In this document: positions 48,116 to 60,630 of the stretch, piece by piece
Position numbering within the stretch: the first letter of the stretch is position 1
How the letters are laid out: each line of letters opens with the position of its first letter
NCBI GenBank assembly: GCA_030390025.1
Contig: CM059431.1
Location: forward strand, 127,102,001 to 127,166,000
DNA: 64,000 bases
Reading direction: 5' to 3'
From: Squalus acanthias
Taxonomy: Eukaryota
Position numbers and translations under genes: made by a program
Notes under the pieces: generated by a model
The model's database searches: none
Seen by the model: the letters and a program-made list of their open reading frames with translations, nothing else
What the model was told of the DNA's origin: nothing

Positions 48116-51014
48116 AGAAATGATATTGTACAACTCCATTACAAATTTAAATCAACTTCTGTTCACTATACATTGAAACTTTAAAACATAAAGCTGAGAT
48201 GCCCAAGGTCTACTATAAATAAAATGGAACTGCAACAGCTTGTACCATAGTCTATTCCCCAGATCTCTCAGAACTGTCACTCAATAGACACGAGCTGTGA
48301 CTGAATACTCCAAAGACTATGTACTCAGGGACTTCCAAAATTATTTCCAACAGATGGTAAAAATGGTACACTAATATGAGTAAAGTGGTTTAGTCTTGTA
48401 AAGAAAAAATTACATAGTTCTGTGTGGTATAAAGTACCAGTGGAAACCAACAGCACAGCTTTTAACCCATATTAAACCCATAATACATCTCTATTACACA
48501 AAACATGACCATCGTAGCCTACGTATTGAGTCATGGATATATCAGAAAGGGTTTAAGTAAGTAAGACAGGGTGACTGAGTACACTGAGGTACAACTAAGT
48601 AATGCTGCAATAAAATGCAAAGTGTACATGATTCAGAGCATGTGGTGGTTCACTGTTTACAATGAAAGTTCTCCACAAAAATAATCTTGATGACTCATTT
48701 CTTTGATCTTTGAAATGATTGCATATGATATTAGCATAACTTACTTTGCTAAATGTTCATGTGCTCATGTTGAACACAGTAATTTCTAGACTTTGTAATC
48801 AGGTGCAGCTCCTGAATACTGATTCAAATGTGAATCACTGACACCAGTGAAGGAACACACTTATTTTTACATTATCTCCTCACCATCTGTTATTATAATA
48901 CAATTTAATTTTTGCAATAGGCAGTGGAATTTTCTTTCAGAATCGTGCTCTTAATCACAATTGCTTTATTGTGAATTCAACTTTCCACTGGGACTAATTG
49001 GTCTAAAAGTTGTACACGATGATGAATAGTTATAATTTTCCAAAATTTTGCAAACATACTTAGTTATTAAATGATATGCAGATAGAAAGGCCAAATAAAA
49101 CTGTCAGAAAAACACAATTAACGCAATAACAACCCTTAGGTTGCATGGGTTTCAAAACCAATTTCTTACTAGTGTCCACAATCCTAAATAGCTGTGATAC
49201 TACCCTGCAACTCGGTTCCAAATGTTTAAAAGAGAGTCCATATCAAATTATGAGGATCTAATTTGTTTGTTTCATTTAATACCGTGACAAAAATCTATCG
49301 CCTTTAAATGGCAATAGTTTACAAGATATGGTACATTGCAGAATTATTTTTAAAGAAACCATAACCTTAAATGTCCTCAAAATGAATTGCCCCTTTTTAA
49401 AGAAAATGTGCTCGCTGGTGGCCTATAGAGGGAATCACACACAGGTGTCTGGGTCTGCTCATTTGTATAACTATTGGGGCAGTCATTGACGTAAACCAAG
49501 TGTAAAATGAGTGTAAGAAGCTGAACTACCTGGAAACTTCTATGCAGCCTTTAAAAAGACATTTCATCCTGTACTCTTCAGCAGCAGACTGGGGGACAAA
49601 CAGGTAAGAGGAACCGTGATTGGCCCGTTCACTTTACTCTCTAATAACTTCACGGTATGACTTTGCAATATTTTTATTATACTTGCACTGAATTATGACT
49701 ATGCAGATAGTAGCTGGACCCAGAGGGCAGCAGAGCGTGGCAAAAGCCAGAGAAGAAGAATGCTGAACTTCACTGCTTCAGACATCCAAGCTCTTCTTGA
49801 GAAAAGCAAAGGCAGGAGGCACTGGTCACTGGTTCCTGGGTGTGGATGCCACAAAACCACCCAGAAAAGTAACTCATGCCACCTAGAAGGAAGTGGCCCT
49901 GGTGCTGATTGCCAACTCCCTGACCCCCAACACTACAGGGCAGAGCTGCAAAAAGTTCAATGACCTCATCGGGGTTGGCAAACAAACACACTGGGCACAC
50001 TCTCCTTTCTTCCTTGCCCACTCTTGGCACCAGCACACTCCTCACCCTCTCAAAGGAAAACTTGCACAACTATCCCTTCACACTGTACTCTGATGGAGGG
50101 CGGTTGTAACTCGCCATCTTGCTCTGTGGCTAAACAGCTCCCATCAGAAGAATTACTTACATGCACAACCCTAAAGCTCCTTCCTCCAGTTTAACAGCCT
50201 CACAGCCCCGCATCTCATACTTCACCTCTCACACATTACTTGGCACACACTCAACTGTTAGCCTTAACCTCATTTACTTTATTTTCTTGCAAGACAAATT
50301 GGCACACAATGCCCACCAAGGGCAGGCCACCGGAGGGGCATTGCAAAATTAAATCTCTCACCCCTTTGAGGACAAGGCCATACAGCTTGTGGGCACTCAT
50401 GGAAGATGTAAAACTCTTGCTATGGAAGATAGTGAGGTTGGCAACACCTTCTGGTGCCTGGTTAATAACTGAGCACCTACACTGTCACCTTGACATTTTA
50501 CCAAAACACCATAAAGATATAAACTTCCAGCCCGTGCTCTGTCTCCTTAATCCCGAGGAAGTAATTCTCACCCATTCTAACCTTCTGCCCTCCTTTCTGC
50601 AGATGGGGGGGCACAGGAGAAGCAAGATGATAATGATGATGATGAAGAGGAGGAGGGGAGATTTTGTTCTCCTGCACTGCGTTATACCAATTATAGTGAG
50701 GAAGAGGAGATGAAGATCAGCCCACCCATCAAGTGCAGCTGCGTCTTCCTGCCCTGTCTTCTTTTACCCAAGCCCCTCCATCTGTGGCACTTTATTCCTC
50801 TCTTCAAAGCACCAGCTTAGAGACTTTCACCCAGGAGGAATTAGATAGTGGTAGTGCAGATGTGGTACTGGGTGATTCACAGAGCTTCAGAGAACTGGAG
50901 GAATGGGGAGTGGATGATGTATCCTGTTCCTAGCGGAGTCTGATGAGATGGCTGCCATTGACTTTGGAGCTCTGGGATCCAGAACTCATAGGTACTTGTC
51001 TAAAAAGAAGGATG

Positions 51015-51725
51015 TTTGAGGACTTTGATACAGTTCCTCTGGAAAGGCTGGTACTGAAAATAAAGAAAGCGGAAATCAGTAGAAATATTTTACAATGGAT
51101 ACTTAATTGTTTGACTGACAGAACCCACAGATCAGTGGTACATGATTGCCATCAGCCTGGGATTATTTTACTAGTGGGTCCCACAGGGGTTTGTTTGAGA
51201 CCTCTTTTGTTTAATGATTTCATAAATGTTAAGAGCTAAGAATCGCAAGCACAGTGCCTATATTTGGACATGATGCAAAGTTAATGAACAGGATAAGCTA
51301 CAGGAGAATTTTGAATATACTTGGGAATTGAGCAGACAGGCGGCAGATGAAATTCAATGTAGAGAAATGCAAAGTGCTTCACATGGGGACAAAATTCCAG
51401 GAAGGGTCCATTACCTAAATGGAAAGAAAATGCACATGGAAAATGACAGAGATCTAGGGGTCCTGATTGAAAATAAACTGAAGCTATCGCAACAATGCTC
51501 GGTGGCAGTCTGTAAAGCAAACCAAATGTTGGAATGTATTAAAAGGTCAATATTGAGCCAGAAGAGTGAGATAATCCTGCCACTTTCTAAATTATTGGTG
51601 TGACCACATTCATAATATTGTATACATGTACAGTTCCGGTTGCAGCAGTACAAAAAGGATATTGCAGCTATTGCAAGGCTATAGACGACAGCAACCAGAG
51701 GGATCGAATGATGAGGAGTGATCAC
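51015..51725 (+). mobile_element. Old CR1 RT fragment
   Basis: Peptide DRDLGVLIENKLKLSQQCSVAVCKANQML. Confidence 0.8.
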
Positions 51726-51733
51726 ATAAATTG

Positions 51734-53220
51734 TGATGTGGAGATGCCGGTGTTGGACTGGGGTGGACAAATGTGAGAAGTCGCACAACACCAGGTTATA
51801 TAGTCCAACAGCTTTATTTGAAATCACAAGCTTTCGGAGCGCATCTCCTTCATCAGGTGAAGTGAAGAGATGCATATAGGCACAGCATATATAGTCAGAG
51901 AACACTGCCAGATGATCACAGTTAATCTTTCCAACTGCCCTTTATCACACCTCGGCAGAGAGATAATCACAGCAATCAAAGGTGTGGATGGTGTCCAAAC
52001 AGGTCAGTCAGGAAGACATTACATCAAAGACAATGAGGTGGGGTCACAAGGGTCAAATGTGGCAGATGCTGGTGTCTGTATGGAAAACAGAATTTTTTTT
52101 TTGCTGGAAATCACAGCAGGTCCGGCCGCATCTGTGTAGAGAGAACAAGCCAACGACGACTCGAGTCTGGATGACTCTACGTCAGGTGGGGTTACATGTA
52201 GCATGACATGAACCCAAGATCCCGGTTGAGGCCGTCCTCATGGGTGCGGAACTTGGCTATCAGTTTCTGCTCGACGATTTTGCATTGTCGTGTGTCTCGA
52301 AGGCCGCCTTGGAGAACGCTTACCCAAAGATCGGAGGCTGAATGTCCTTGACTGCTGAAGTTTTCCCCAACTGGGAGGGAACACTCCTGCCTGGTGATTG
52401 TTGCACGGTGTCCATTCATACATTGTCACAGTGTCTGCATGGTCTCGCCGATGTACCATGCTCCGGAGCATCCTTTCCTGCAACGTATGAGGTAGACAAT
52501 GTTGGCCGAGTCACATGAGTATGTACCATGTACCTGGTGGGTGGTGTCCTCACGTGTGATGATGGTATCTGTGTTGATGATCTGGCATGTCTTGCAGAGG
52601 TTGCCGTGGCAGGGTTGTGTGGTGTCGTGGTCGCTGTTCTCCTGAAAGCTGGGTAATTTGCTGTGAACGTTGGTCTGTTTGAGGTTAGGCGGCTGTTTGA
52701 AGGCGAGTAGTGGAGGTGTGGGGATGGCCTTAACGAGGTGTTTGTCGTCATCGATGACATGTTGAAGGCTGCAAAGAACATGGCGTAGTTTCTCCGCTCC
52801 GGGGAAGTACTGGACGACGTAGGGTATTCTGTTGGTTGTGTCCCGTGTTTGTCTTCTGAGGAGGTCTATGCGATTTTTCGCTGTGGCCCATCGGAACTGT
52901 TGATCGACGAGTCAAGCGTCATATCCCGTTCTTACAAGGGCGTCTTTCAGCATCTGTAGGTGTCCATCGTGTTCCTCCTCGTCTGAGCAGATCCTGTGTA
53001 TTCGCAGGGCTTGGCCATAGGGGATGGCTTCTTTAACGTGGTTAGGGTGGAAGCTGGAGAAGTGGAGCATCGTGAGGTTGTCCGTGGGCTTGCGGTAGAG
53101 TGAAGTGCTGAGGTGTCCGTCTTTGATGGAGATTCATGTGTCCAAGAATGAAACCGATTCTGAGGAGTAGTCCATGGTGAGTTTGATGGTGGGATGGAAC
53201 TTGTTGATGTTATCGTGTAG
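51734..53220 (-). mobile_element. Second Penelope family, 5'-truncated and decayed
   Basis: Minus-strand peptides NKFHPTIKLTMD, WYIGET and EQKLIAKFRTHEDGLNRD; 3' UTR with a hammerhead. Confidence 0.87.
51824..51860 (-). ncRNA. Minimal hammerhead ribozyme (second Penelope family)
   Basis: Minus strand TCAC-CTGATGA-A-GGAG(ATGCG)CTCC-GAAA-GCTT-GTGA; palindromic AAGCTT stem III. Confidence 0.8.
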
Positions 53221-54964
53221 TCACAAGGCAAACTAGACGAACTTTAGTTTATTTTTGTCTAGCAATTCTTACATTCCTATGTAAAATGATAACCACATGC
53301 AGGCCCTGAGGTCACTCTCTGAGGATGTACGGCAATTGAGATGCAACTCTTGAGTCTACAGATGTCCTTTGCGGCAATATCACAGAAGCTTTGTCTTCAT
53401 TGCAATTACCAATGGAGCATGTGGCAGTTACAGTGGAATCTGCAGCAGATCTCCACCCCCACAGAATCAAAGAATGCAGCTCTGGAAGCAATAAGGGACA
53501 AACTGGAGTGCAATATAAATCGAGGCTTCCAAACTTGCCGACTGCTGTTTGTCGGGGCTTTCAGGTTCCGATTTCTGCCATTAGACCAGTATTCCTGCTG
53601 ATCATTAGAGCCACAGTCCCAGGGCTCAGTGGAATGTTGATGGCTGGCATTGACCTGCCTGATACTGCTGCTTCTCAGGGCAACAGCACATGCCAGGCCT
53701 GTGATTTTTCCCTCACAGCACGACATCAGTGGAATGTGGGGCGGCACTGTTGTGCCCAGGGACAAGTGGCAGAGAAAGCTGCCGTGAGATAAGGGCCACT
53801 TCAGCCCCATGAGTCTTTTTGCACAGCATGAGCAGCCAACCACCTCCCGCGATCCTGGCCCTTGAGTGACAACTAGAAGAAACATGAAAATATGTATTCA
53901 AAAAAAGGCAACTGTAGGCACCCAGGGGAAGCACAATGTCAAGGAAGAGTAGGATGATTACATCCATTTTGGAATTCACTATAATAAAACAGAATGTGCA
54001 CTGACATTGTGCTTTACGAGTTTAAACTCATACAGGAAGGGTTGCACTTATGTGATGTTGATGTCTTCACTCAAGTGATGATGATTGGCACAGTCATGGG
54101 GCATATTGAGCTGCTGTGTTATCATGTGGTAGGATGGGTTGTGTGATTGAGGGAGTATGGCTTTTTTGAGAGGGTGGGAGAAGGAGGTAAGGCTGTCTTG
54201 TCAAAGGTAGACTGTACCACAGAAGAGAAGACTTCAGTGATGACTTGTGCTGTGATGCCTCTTGCAATAAATTCTGCCTGAATCTCATTAGCTCCTTCCT
54301 GATGTGCTCCTCCTTCTCCATGATAATGGCATACAAGTATATGTGTATAGTGAGTGCTCTTGAGAACCCCTGTCTATAGGTAGGACGTGGGGGTGGGAGA
54401 GATCTGAAAATCTGCTGGTGGGCTGATCCTATGAGAAGTAAGTCCAGGAGTATGTAGGTAGAATGAGAAACAACATCTTAAAAGCATTTCCCAACTGCAG
54501 CAATCGGTATTCCAAATCTTCAGACTGTTCTGTGTCTGGAACTCCGCTCATAAATGGATGGATTGTGGAAGGGCTCAAAAGTGTAGCAAAACTTGGGGGG
54601 AAGCATTTTAAAGGTGCACAAGTGGCGGAAACAACATTCACCTGAATTTCCTCACTAAAAAAACCTGCGCCATTTATACAACACTAATACACTGAAAATG
54701 GCGAAGAACTTCACACCCCATATGTTATGTAACAGCCAGATAGGCACCGTATTAGGAACATGTCAGTTTAAACATTAACATCTCACCATTTAAACAGATT
54801 AAAATGCATTCTGATGCTTTACTTATGCCATTTAAAAGTGATTAATAGGAAGCAGCATACAAGAAAAGGGTACACAACAGAGATGAGTGTTTTGACTAAG
54901 TTGGGTTTGGATTCAGACACTTGTATCCAAGCTCATCACCAATTATGTCTAATAGAAGGTATAT

Positions 54965-55599
54965 GGGCTGGATTTTGATACGGGGCGGTTGGGGTTGTGT
55001 CATCCACTTTTCGTGTTATCCACCCGACTGCAATTGGATGTGGGAGATTGATGCGATTTTCACCTAATTGAGCAATTGAGTTCCAGCATGTGGGAACCCA
55101 TGAAACAATTAGTGTTTTCAGTCTGCAAGTCACCTCTGATGATGTCATCATTGCTGCTGCATTGAAGGTCTTCAGAGACTGCCTGGCCTTTGCTGTGAGA
55201 GGACCTTGATGCAAAATGAGCAGCAGCAGCCCTAAGTCTGCTCCCAGATATTTCTTCACCACCACCACATTGTAATAGTGAACCTGCAGCTGATAGTCAG
55301 CTATTGAAATGTGCTCCCGCCAGGTTTCACATTCGTGGTTCAGAACAGGCGTGCTTCACGTAGAAAAAGGGTTAAAATCACAAAGGCCTTTCAAAATGGC
55401 ATTATAGAGGCAATTCAGTGCTTGTTAAGGGTCTTAACGGCCTATCCCGCCTCTTGGAGGCGGGACGGAGTCGGGACCAGCAGACACAATTTAATGAAAA
55501 TTGCATGGAGGCGGGCTTATGCCCGCCCGTCAGTTTTTGCAATTTTAACCCCCCACACACCTCCAAACCCGCCTCCACGGGTCAATGAAAATTCTGCCC
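54965..55599. mobile_element. Harbinger MITE family C (inverted copy of 17344-18106)
   Basis: TIR GGGCTGGATTTT / AAAATTCTGCCC; TSD TAT/TGT. Confidence 0.88.
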
Positions 55600-55602
55600 T
55601 GT

Positions 55603-57995
55603 GTGTCAGCTGTGGCTCAGTGGGTTGCACTCTCTAAGTGGGAGGGGCTAGGAGTGAGCAGGTGCTGCTGGGTGCTTGATTACTGCAGGGAGTTGGAGTG
55701 AGTTCGTAAAAAGTTGTTGGTGTTTTTTTTTTCAGGTTTTAGGGCCTTTTTGGGCCGTAAACAGCAGCCAGATGGCTGCTGGGGGGCCCCAGGAGGTTTG
55801 GAAAAGAAAACACGGTGGTGGTTCAGTGTGAGGATAAGGAGATACGAGCTTGGGATATTATCCAGGCGGTACATGAGGACTGCGGCGAGGGAAGCTGTTT
55901 TGCTTGCCGACCAAAGCCGAATGTTGGGTTCGAAGTGCCGGTCAGTGGCCGAGAGGAGGTGGAAAGACTTTTACTGAGTTTGAAGGTTGTAGATAAGTTC
56001 TTGGAGGTATCTCTGCTATATTCTGAAGAGCTGATGGTCTCATTCTTAAACCTGCCGGTTTATATTGAGGACGTTGTGCTAATCAAAAAGTTGGAGTTGT
56101 GGGACATTAAAATATGCTCGGTAATAAAGAGGAGATACTATCCAGGAACGCGGGTAGCAGATGGAACCCGTTATGTAAAGGTACGGTTCCCAGAGGGGGT
56201 GAAGTCATTGCATGAAATTCAAGACAATGGAAGAAGTACAATTCTTTTGGGTACTGCATGATAACCAGGTGAAGGTTTGTTATTATTGTCTTGGACACGA
56301 CCATCTTGTAAGAAGCTGTCCAGGCTTGTACTGTTATAACTGTGGTGAGTCTGGACTCATCGCTCGGAGCTGCAAGGCAGAGTGCTGTGGGGTGTGTCAC
56401 AAAGGCCCCATCCGCTGTGAGTGTGAGGCAGAAGGAAGCCCCTTGAGTGATGAGGAGATGGGAGAAGGAGAAGGAGAAGGAGCAGGAGGTGTGAGTGGAG
56501 CCACTGGAGGAGCAGAGCAGGCGGAGGAACAGCTGGTGAATGGAAGGAGAAAAGAGTGCAGGAAGAGGCAGAAACTAGCGGAGCAGAGAACAGGATGGAG
56601 ATGGTGGAAAACACACCAAGTACAGTGGAAAAGGACAAAGACAGCAGTGGGCAGCACGGGTCGAGGGCCATAATACGGCTCGGCTCTCCCTAAAGAATCT
56701 GGTGTCCGCGGGGGGAGAGGAGGTGGGAGCAGGCTGTGGGGTAAGTGTAAGTTCTCCAAAGAAAGATGGGTAGTCGGACATCTCAGGGAGCAGGAGGGGG
56801 CAAGACAAGAAGAGGGTGCAAGAGGCAGGAGCCCTAAAAGAGCAGCAGGATGGGAGCAGGGAGACAATGACGCCAGAAGGGAGCAAGACAGGTGCAGATG
56901 CACCATTGTCCCAGAGAGAGAAGAAATGGGGAGCAAGGGTCAGTGGTGGAGATGAAGCCAAAGGGAGTGGCACTGTTGGAGAAACCGTGATAACAGGAAG
57001 ACTCTCTAAGGGAGATTATGTATCTGACAGGGAGCAGGGACGGGAGGTTACAGAAGAGCTCGAGAGTGAGGAGTCAGAGGGGGACAGAAACATGGAAGTG
57101 GGGGGTGGGGTGGCATCGTGTAGAAAGGGAAAGGTTAGTGAGGAGCAGAAGGAGGGAGAAGAGGCAGCTCCTCGGCCCAAACCTAATGTAAGGAAGAGGC
57201 TGCAACTGCAGGGAAGGTTCAAACAGGAGGTGAAAAAGAGCCGGAGGCTGCAGGATAAAGCAACAGCTGCCCAAAAAGTTGGGAAGGAGCATGAGAGGAG
57301 GGAAGGGCCGGAGATTAAATGATGGGGGGATTATCAGGCACACTTCCCTTATTAGGAGCCATGATTACTGATCAATTTTTAAAGTACAATAGATTAGTAT
57401 ATGTTACGGGAGACAAATTAAACTTTAGGTTTTGATGTTAATATGTGGTGGAGGAATGGGTGTGCAGAGCGGCGGAATGGATTTGTATGATACAATGGAA
57501 TGATTACGATGTTGTAAATGTTTTTAATGCTCAATAAATAATATATATTAAAAAAAAGTGGGTAGCACTCTCGCCTCTGAGTCAGTAAGTGGTGGGTTCA
57601 TGTCCCACTACAGAGAATTGAGCACAAAAATCTAGGCTGACACTTCAGTGCAGTACTGAAGGCATGCTGCACTGTCAGAGGTACTGTCTTTTGGATGCGA
57701 TATTAAACCGAGGCCCCGTCTGCTCTCTCAGATGGACATAAAAGATCCGCTAGCACTATTCCGAAGAAGAACATCGTACCCCAGCTAATAATTATCCCTC
57801 AATGAACATCACAAAAAAAGACAGATTATCTGGTCATTATTACAGTGCTGTTTGTAGGAGCTTGCTGTGCGCAAATTAGCTGCTGCATTACTAAAATTAC
57901 AAAAGTGACTATACTTCAAATGTAATTCATTGGCTGCAAAGCTCTTTGGGTGTCCTGAGGTCATGAAAGGCACTATATAAATGCAAATCTTTTGT
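55603..57995 (+). mobile_element. HE1-like SINE split in its tRNA head (55603-55634 and 57557-57995)
   Basis: GTGTCAGCTGTGGCTCAGTGGG... resumes after the insert as GTGGGTAGCACTCTCGCCTCTGAGTCAG...GGTTCATGTCCC. Confidence 0.88.
55635..57556 (+). mobile_element. L1/Tx1-like retrocopy encoding only ORF1 (zinc-knuckle protein), polyadenylated
   Basis: 16-bp TSD AGTGGGT(T/A)GCACTCTC; AATAAA at 57533 and an A tail. Frameshifted ORF about 55772-57322 with GTRYVKVRFPEGV, CYYCLGHDHLVRSC and CYNCGESGLIARSC. No endonuclease or RT. Confidence 0.82.
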
Positions 57996-58429
57996 TCTTT
58001 ACAAGGAGGTTAAAGTGAATTCCATTAATACCTTTGTCTCTGTCCTTTAGATTTTATTATGTTTATTTTAATTTGAGTAAAGTATCTCTAATGCAGCTCA
58101 TTATACTATGCAGGATAAATCCAGCAATCTCATACCCCCAGCATGGAACCTTGCTTTAAGGGAGTGTGGGTGGGAAAATCGGCACTGCATTGCTGTAGCC
58201 TTTTCACCATCCCGTGCTCCCTTTGCGCAAAACTCTCAGCTGGGAGCATGAGTTCATTCAACATAACCTTCCTTTTGGAATTCTGCAACAAATTCAATCA
58301 GATAGTGAAGCAGTTTTCTCCAAGAATGGACAGCCCATCCCATGCTAACATAGCACATTCAAATTATGATATTCTCCCATATCATTCAGTGAAATAAAAT
58401 ACTTGTCAAATCATGAGGTGCATACCACT

Positions 58430-59212
58430 CTTCTTCTTAGGTAGTCCCTCAGAACCGAGGATGACTTGCTTCCACATTAAAAATGAGTTCTCAGGTGACT
58501 GATGGGTCCAATGCGGGACCTACAGTCTCTGTCACAGGTGGGGCAGACGGTGGTTGAAGGGGCGGGTGGGTGGGGTGCTTGGGTTGACGTGCGCTGCTTG
58601 CGCTTGGCTTCCACTTGCTCCCGGCGAAGAGACTCGAGGTGTTTGGCGCCTTCCCGGATGCTTCTCCTCCACTTTGTGTGGTCTTGGGCCAGGGATTCCC
58701 AGGTGTCAGTGGGAATGTTGCACTTTTTCAAGGAGGCTTTGAGGGTGTCCTTGAAGCATTTCCTCTGCCCACCTGGGGATCTCTTGCCGTGCCAGAGCTC
58801 CAAGTAGAGCGCTTGTTTTGGGAGTCTCGTATCAGGCATGCGGACGATGTGACCCGTCCATCGGAGCTGAGCGAGCGTGGTCAAAGCTTCGATGCTGGGG
58901 ATGTTGACCTGAGCGAGAACACTGACGTTGGTGCGCCTATCCTGCCAATGGATTTGCCGGATCTTGCGGAGGCAGCGTTGGTGGTACCACTCCAGTGCTT
59001 TGAGGTGCCTGCTGTACATGGTCCATGTCTCTGAGGCATACAGCAGGGCGGGTATCACTGCTGCACTGTAGACCATGAGCTTAGTGCTGGGTTTGAGGTC
59101 CTTGTCTTCAAACACTCTCTTCCTCAGGCGACTGAAGGCTGCACTGGCACACTGAAGGTGGTGTTGGACTTCGTCATCGACATCTGCCCTTGGTGACAGT
59201 AGGCTCCCGAGG
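58430..59212 (-). mobile_element. RTE-clade LINE 3' fragment
   Basis: ORF 58477-59115 reads TKLMVYSAAVIPALLYASETW...LRWTGHIVRM...CPTCDRDCRSRIGPISHLRTH; (AAG)n tail. Confidence 0.9.
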
Positions 59213-59551
59213 TGCTTGTGAAATCAATTGCCAAATGCCTGAAATGATATATGCTACACAGAATAATACATTTTAGTGTGTCCCAATGCATTTCACAGTG
59301 ACTGTGTTATGCTTGGTGTAAAACATCTGTAGTGTCATAATCTGTCTGAAATAAGTCTACTGTAAACTACTGATACCATTTATAGCGATGCCATTTCAAA
59401 AGATGGGCTGTGTTAAAATACCACTTAGAAATGATGTGTAGCACAAAACATAATTTGTTTCCTGCTAAAACTGATTGATGTGCAATATTGCAATTTTAAC
59501 TGCAGGATATCTGTACAGCTGTGTTTATCTGGAGAGACAGTAGATTTATTA

Positions 59552-60004
59552 CATAGGATTACATAGGATATACGGCACAGAAACAGGCCAAATGGCCCAA
59601 ACAGTCCATGCCGGCGTTTATGCTCCACTTGAGCCTCCTTCCCTCTTTCCTCATCTAAATCTATCAGCATAACCCTCTATTCCCCTCTCCCTCATATGCT
59701 TGTCCAGCCTCCCCTTAAATGCATCTATACTATTCGCCTCAACCACTCCCTGTGGTAGCGAGTTCCACATTCTCACCACTCTTTGGGTAAAGAAGTTTCT
59801 TCTGAATTCCCTATTTGATTTCTTGGTGACTATCTTATATTGATGGCTCTAGTTATGCTCTTCCCCACAAGTGGAAACATTCTCTCTGTATCCACTCTAT
59901 CAAAACCTTTCATAATTTTAAAGACCTCTATTAGGTCACCCCTCAGCCTTTTTTCAAGAGAAAAGAGACGCAGCCTGTTCATCCTTTCCTGATATGTATA
60001 CCCT
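59552..60004 (-). mobile_element. CR1 3' end, interrupted by the Gypsy LTR
   Basis: Peptide LFSLEKRLRGDLIEVFKIMKG; same subfamily as 16389-16782. Confidence 0.9.
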
Positions 60005-60630
60005 TGTTGAGGCTGCCGCGAAACACGAATTAAGGCTGAATCCATGTGTGTTAAACAAGAGACTTTTTAATCAACTGCATGGTCAAAATGGCTGAACAGA
60101 ATGCTCCCAGAATTCTCTGGAAAAATCCTGAGGCCCCGCCCACTCTTGCCTTAAAGGTAAGGTGCCTTAAAGGGAAGGTGCATCGATATATTGTCCTTGG
60201 ACGGAAATGTGGATAATGCCCATTTAGGTGGCGATCCGCCACACAGCTCCCACCAGAATCCGCTTCGGAGGTGTGGACGAGACGGTGCGGCGGTCTGATG
60301 GGCCGGCCGGAGCGGCTCTTGTAGGACGCCGGTGGACGTGGAACGGCCGGGCGTGGAGTAGCTGGGTGAACCGGCTTGAGGGCAGGTCGGCCGCGTGGAG
60401 GTGGACGAGCTACAGGGACCTGCTCACCGGGCTCCGAGTGTGCTGGCTTGAGTCGGTCAACCGACACTTTTTCGGTCCTGTCGCCCACTTGCAGGGTGAA
60501 AAATTTGTCCCCAGCCTGTAGCACCTTGTAGGGCCCGTCGTACGGGGGTTGAAGGGGTCCGCGATGGGCGTCATGCCGGACAAAAACAAACCGTGCCTGG
60601 TGCAGGCTTAGTGGGATGTGTGAGGTGGAT

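Larger units (their letters stand above)
49400..54720. mobile_element. Old Harbinger-derived element with a decayed Myb gene (+), interrupted by CR1 and Penelope; boundaries uncertain
   Basis: Peptides RMLNFTASDIQALLE, QSCKKFNDLIGVGK and DKLAHNAHQGQATGG follow the same exon order as the other Myb copies. Confidence 0.6.

Noticed and set aside
55603..57610. tRNA gene
   Set aside because: The tRNA-like sequence is a SINE head followed by the SINE body, as in the other copies.
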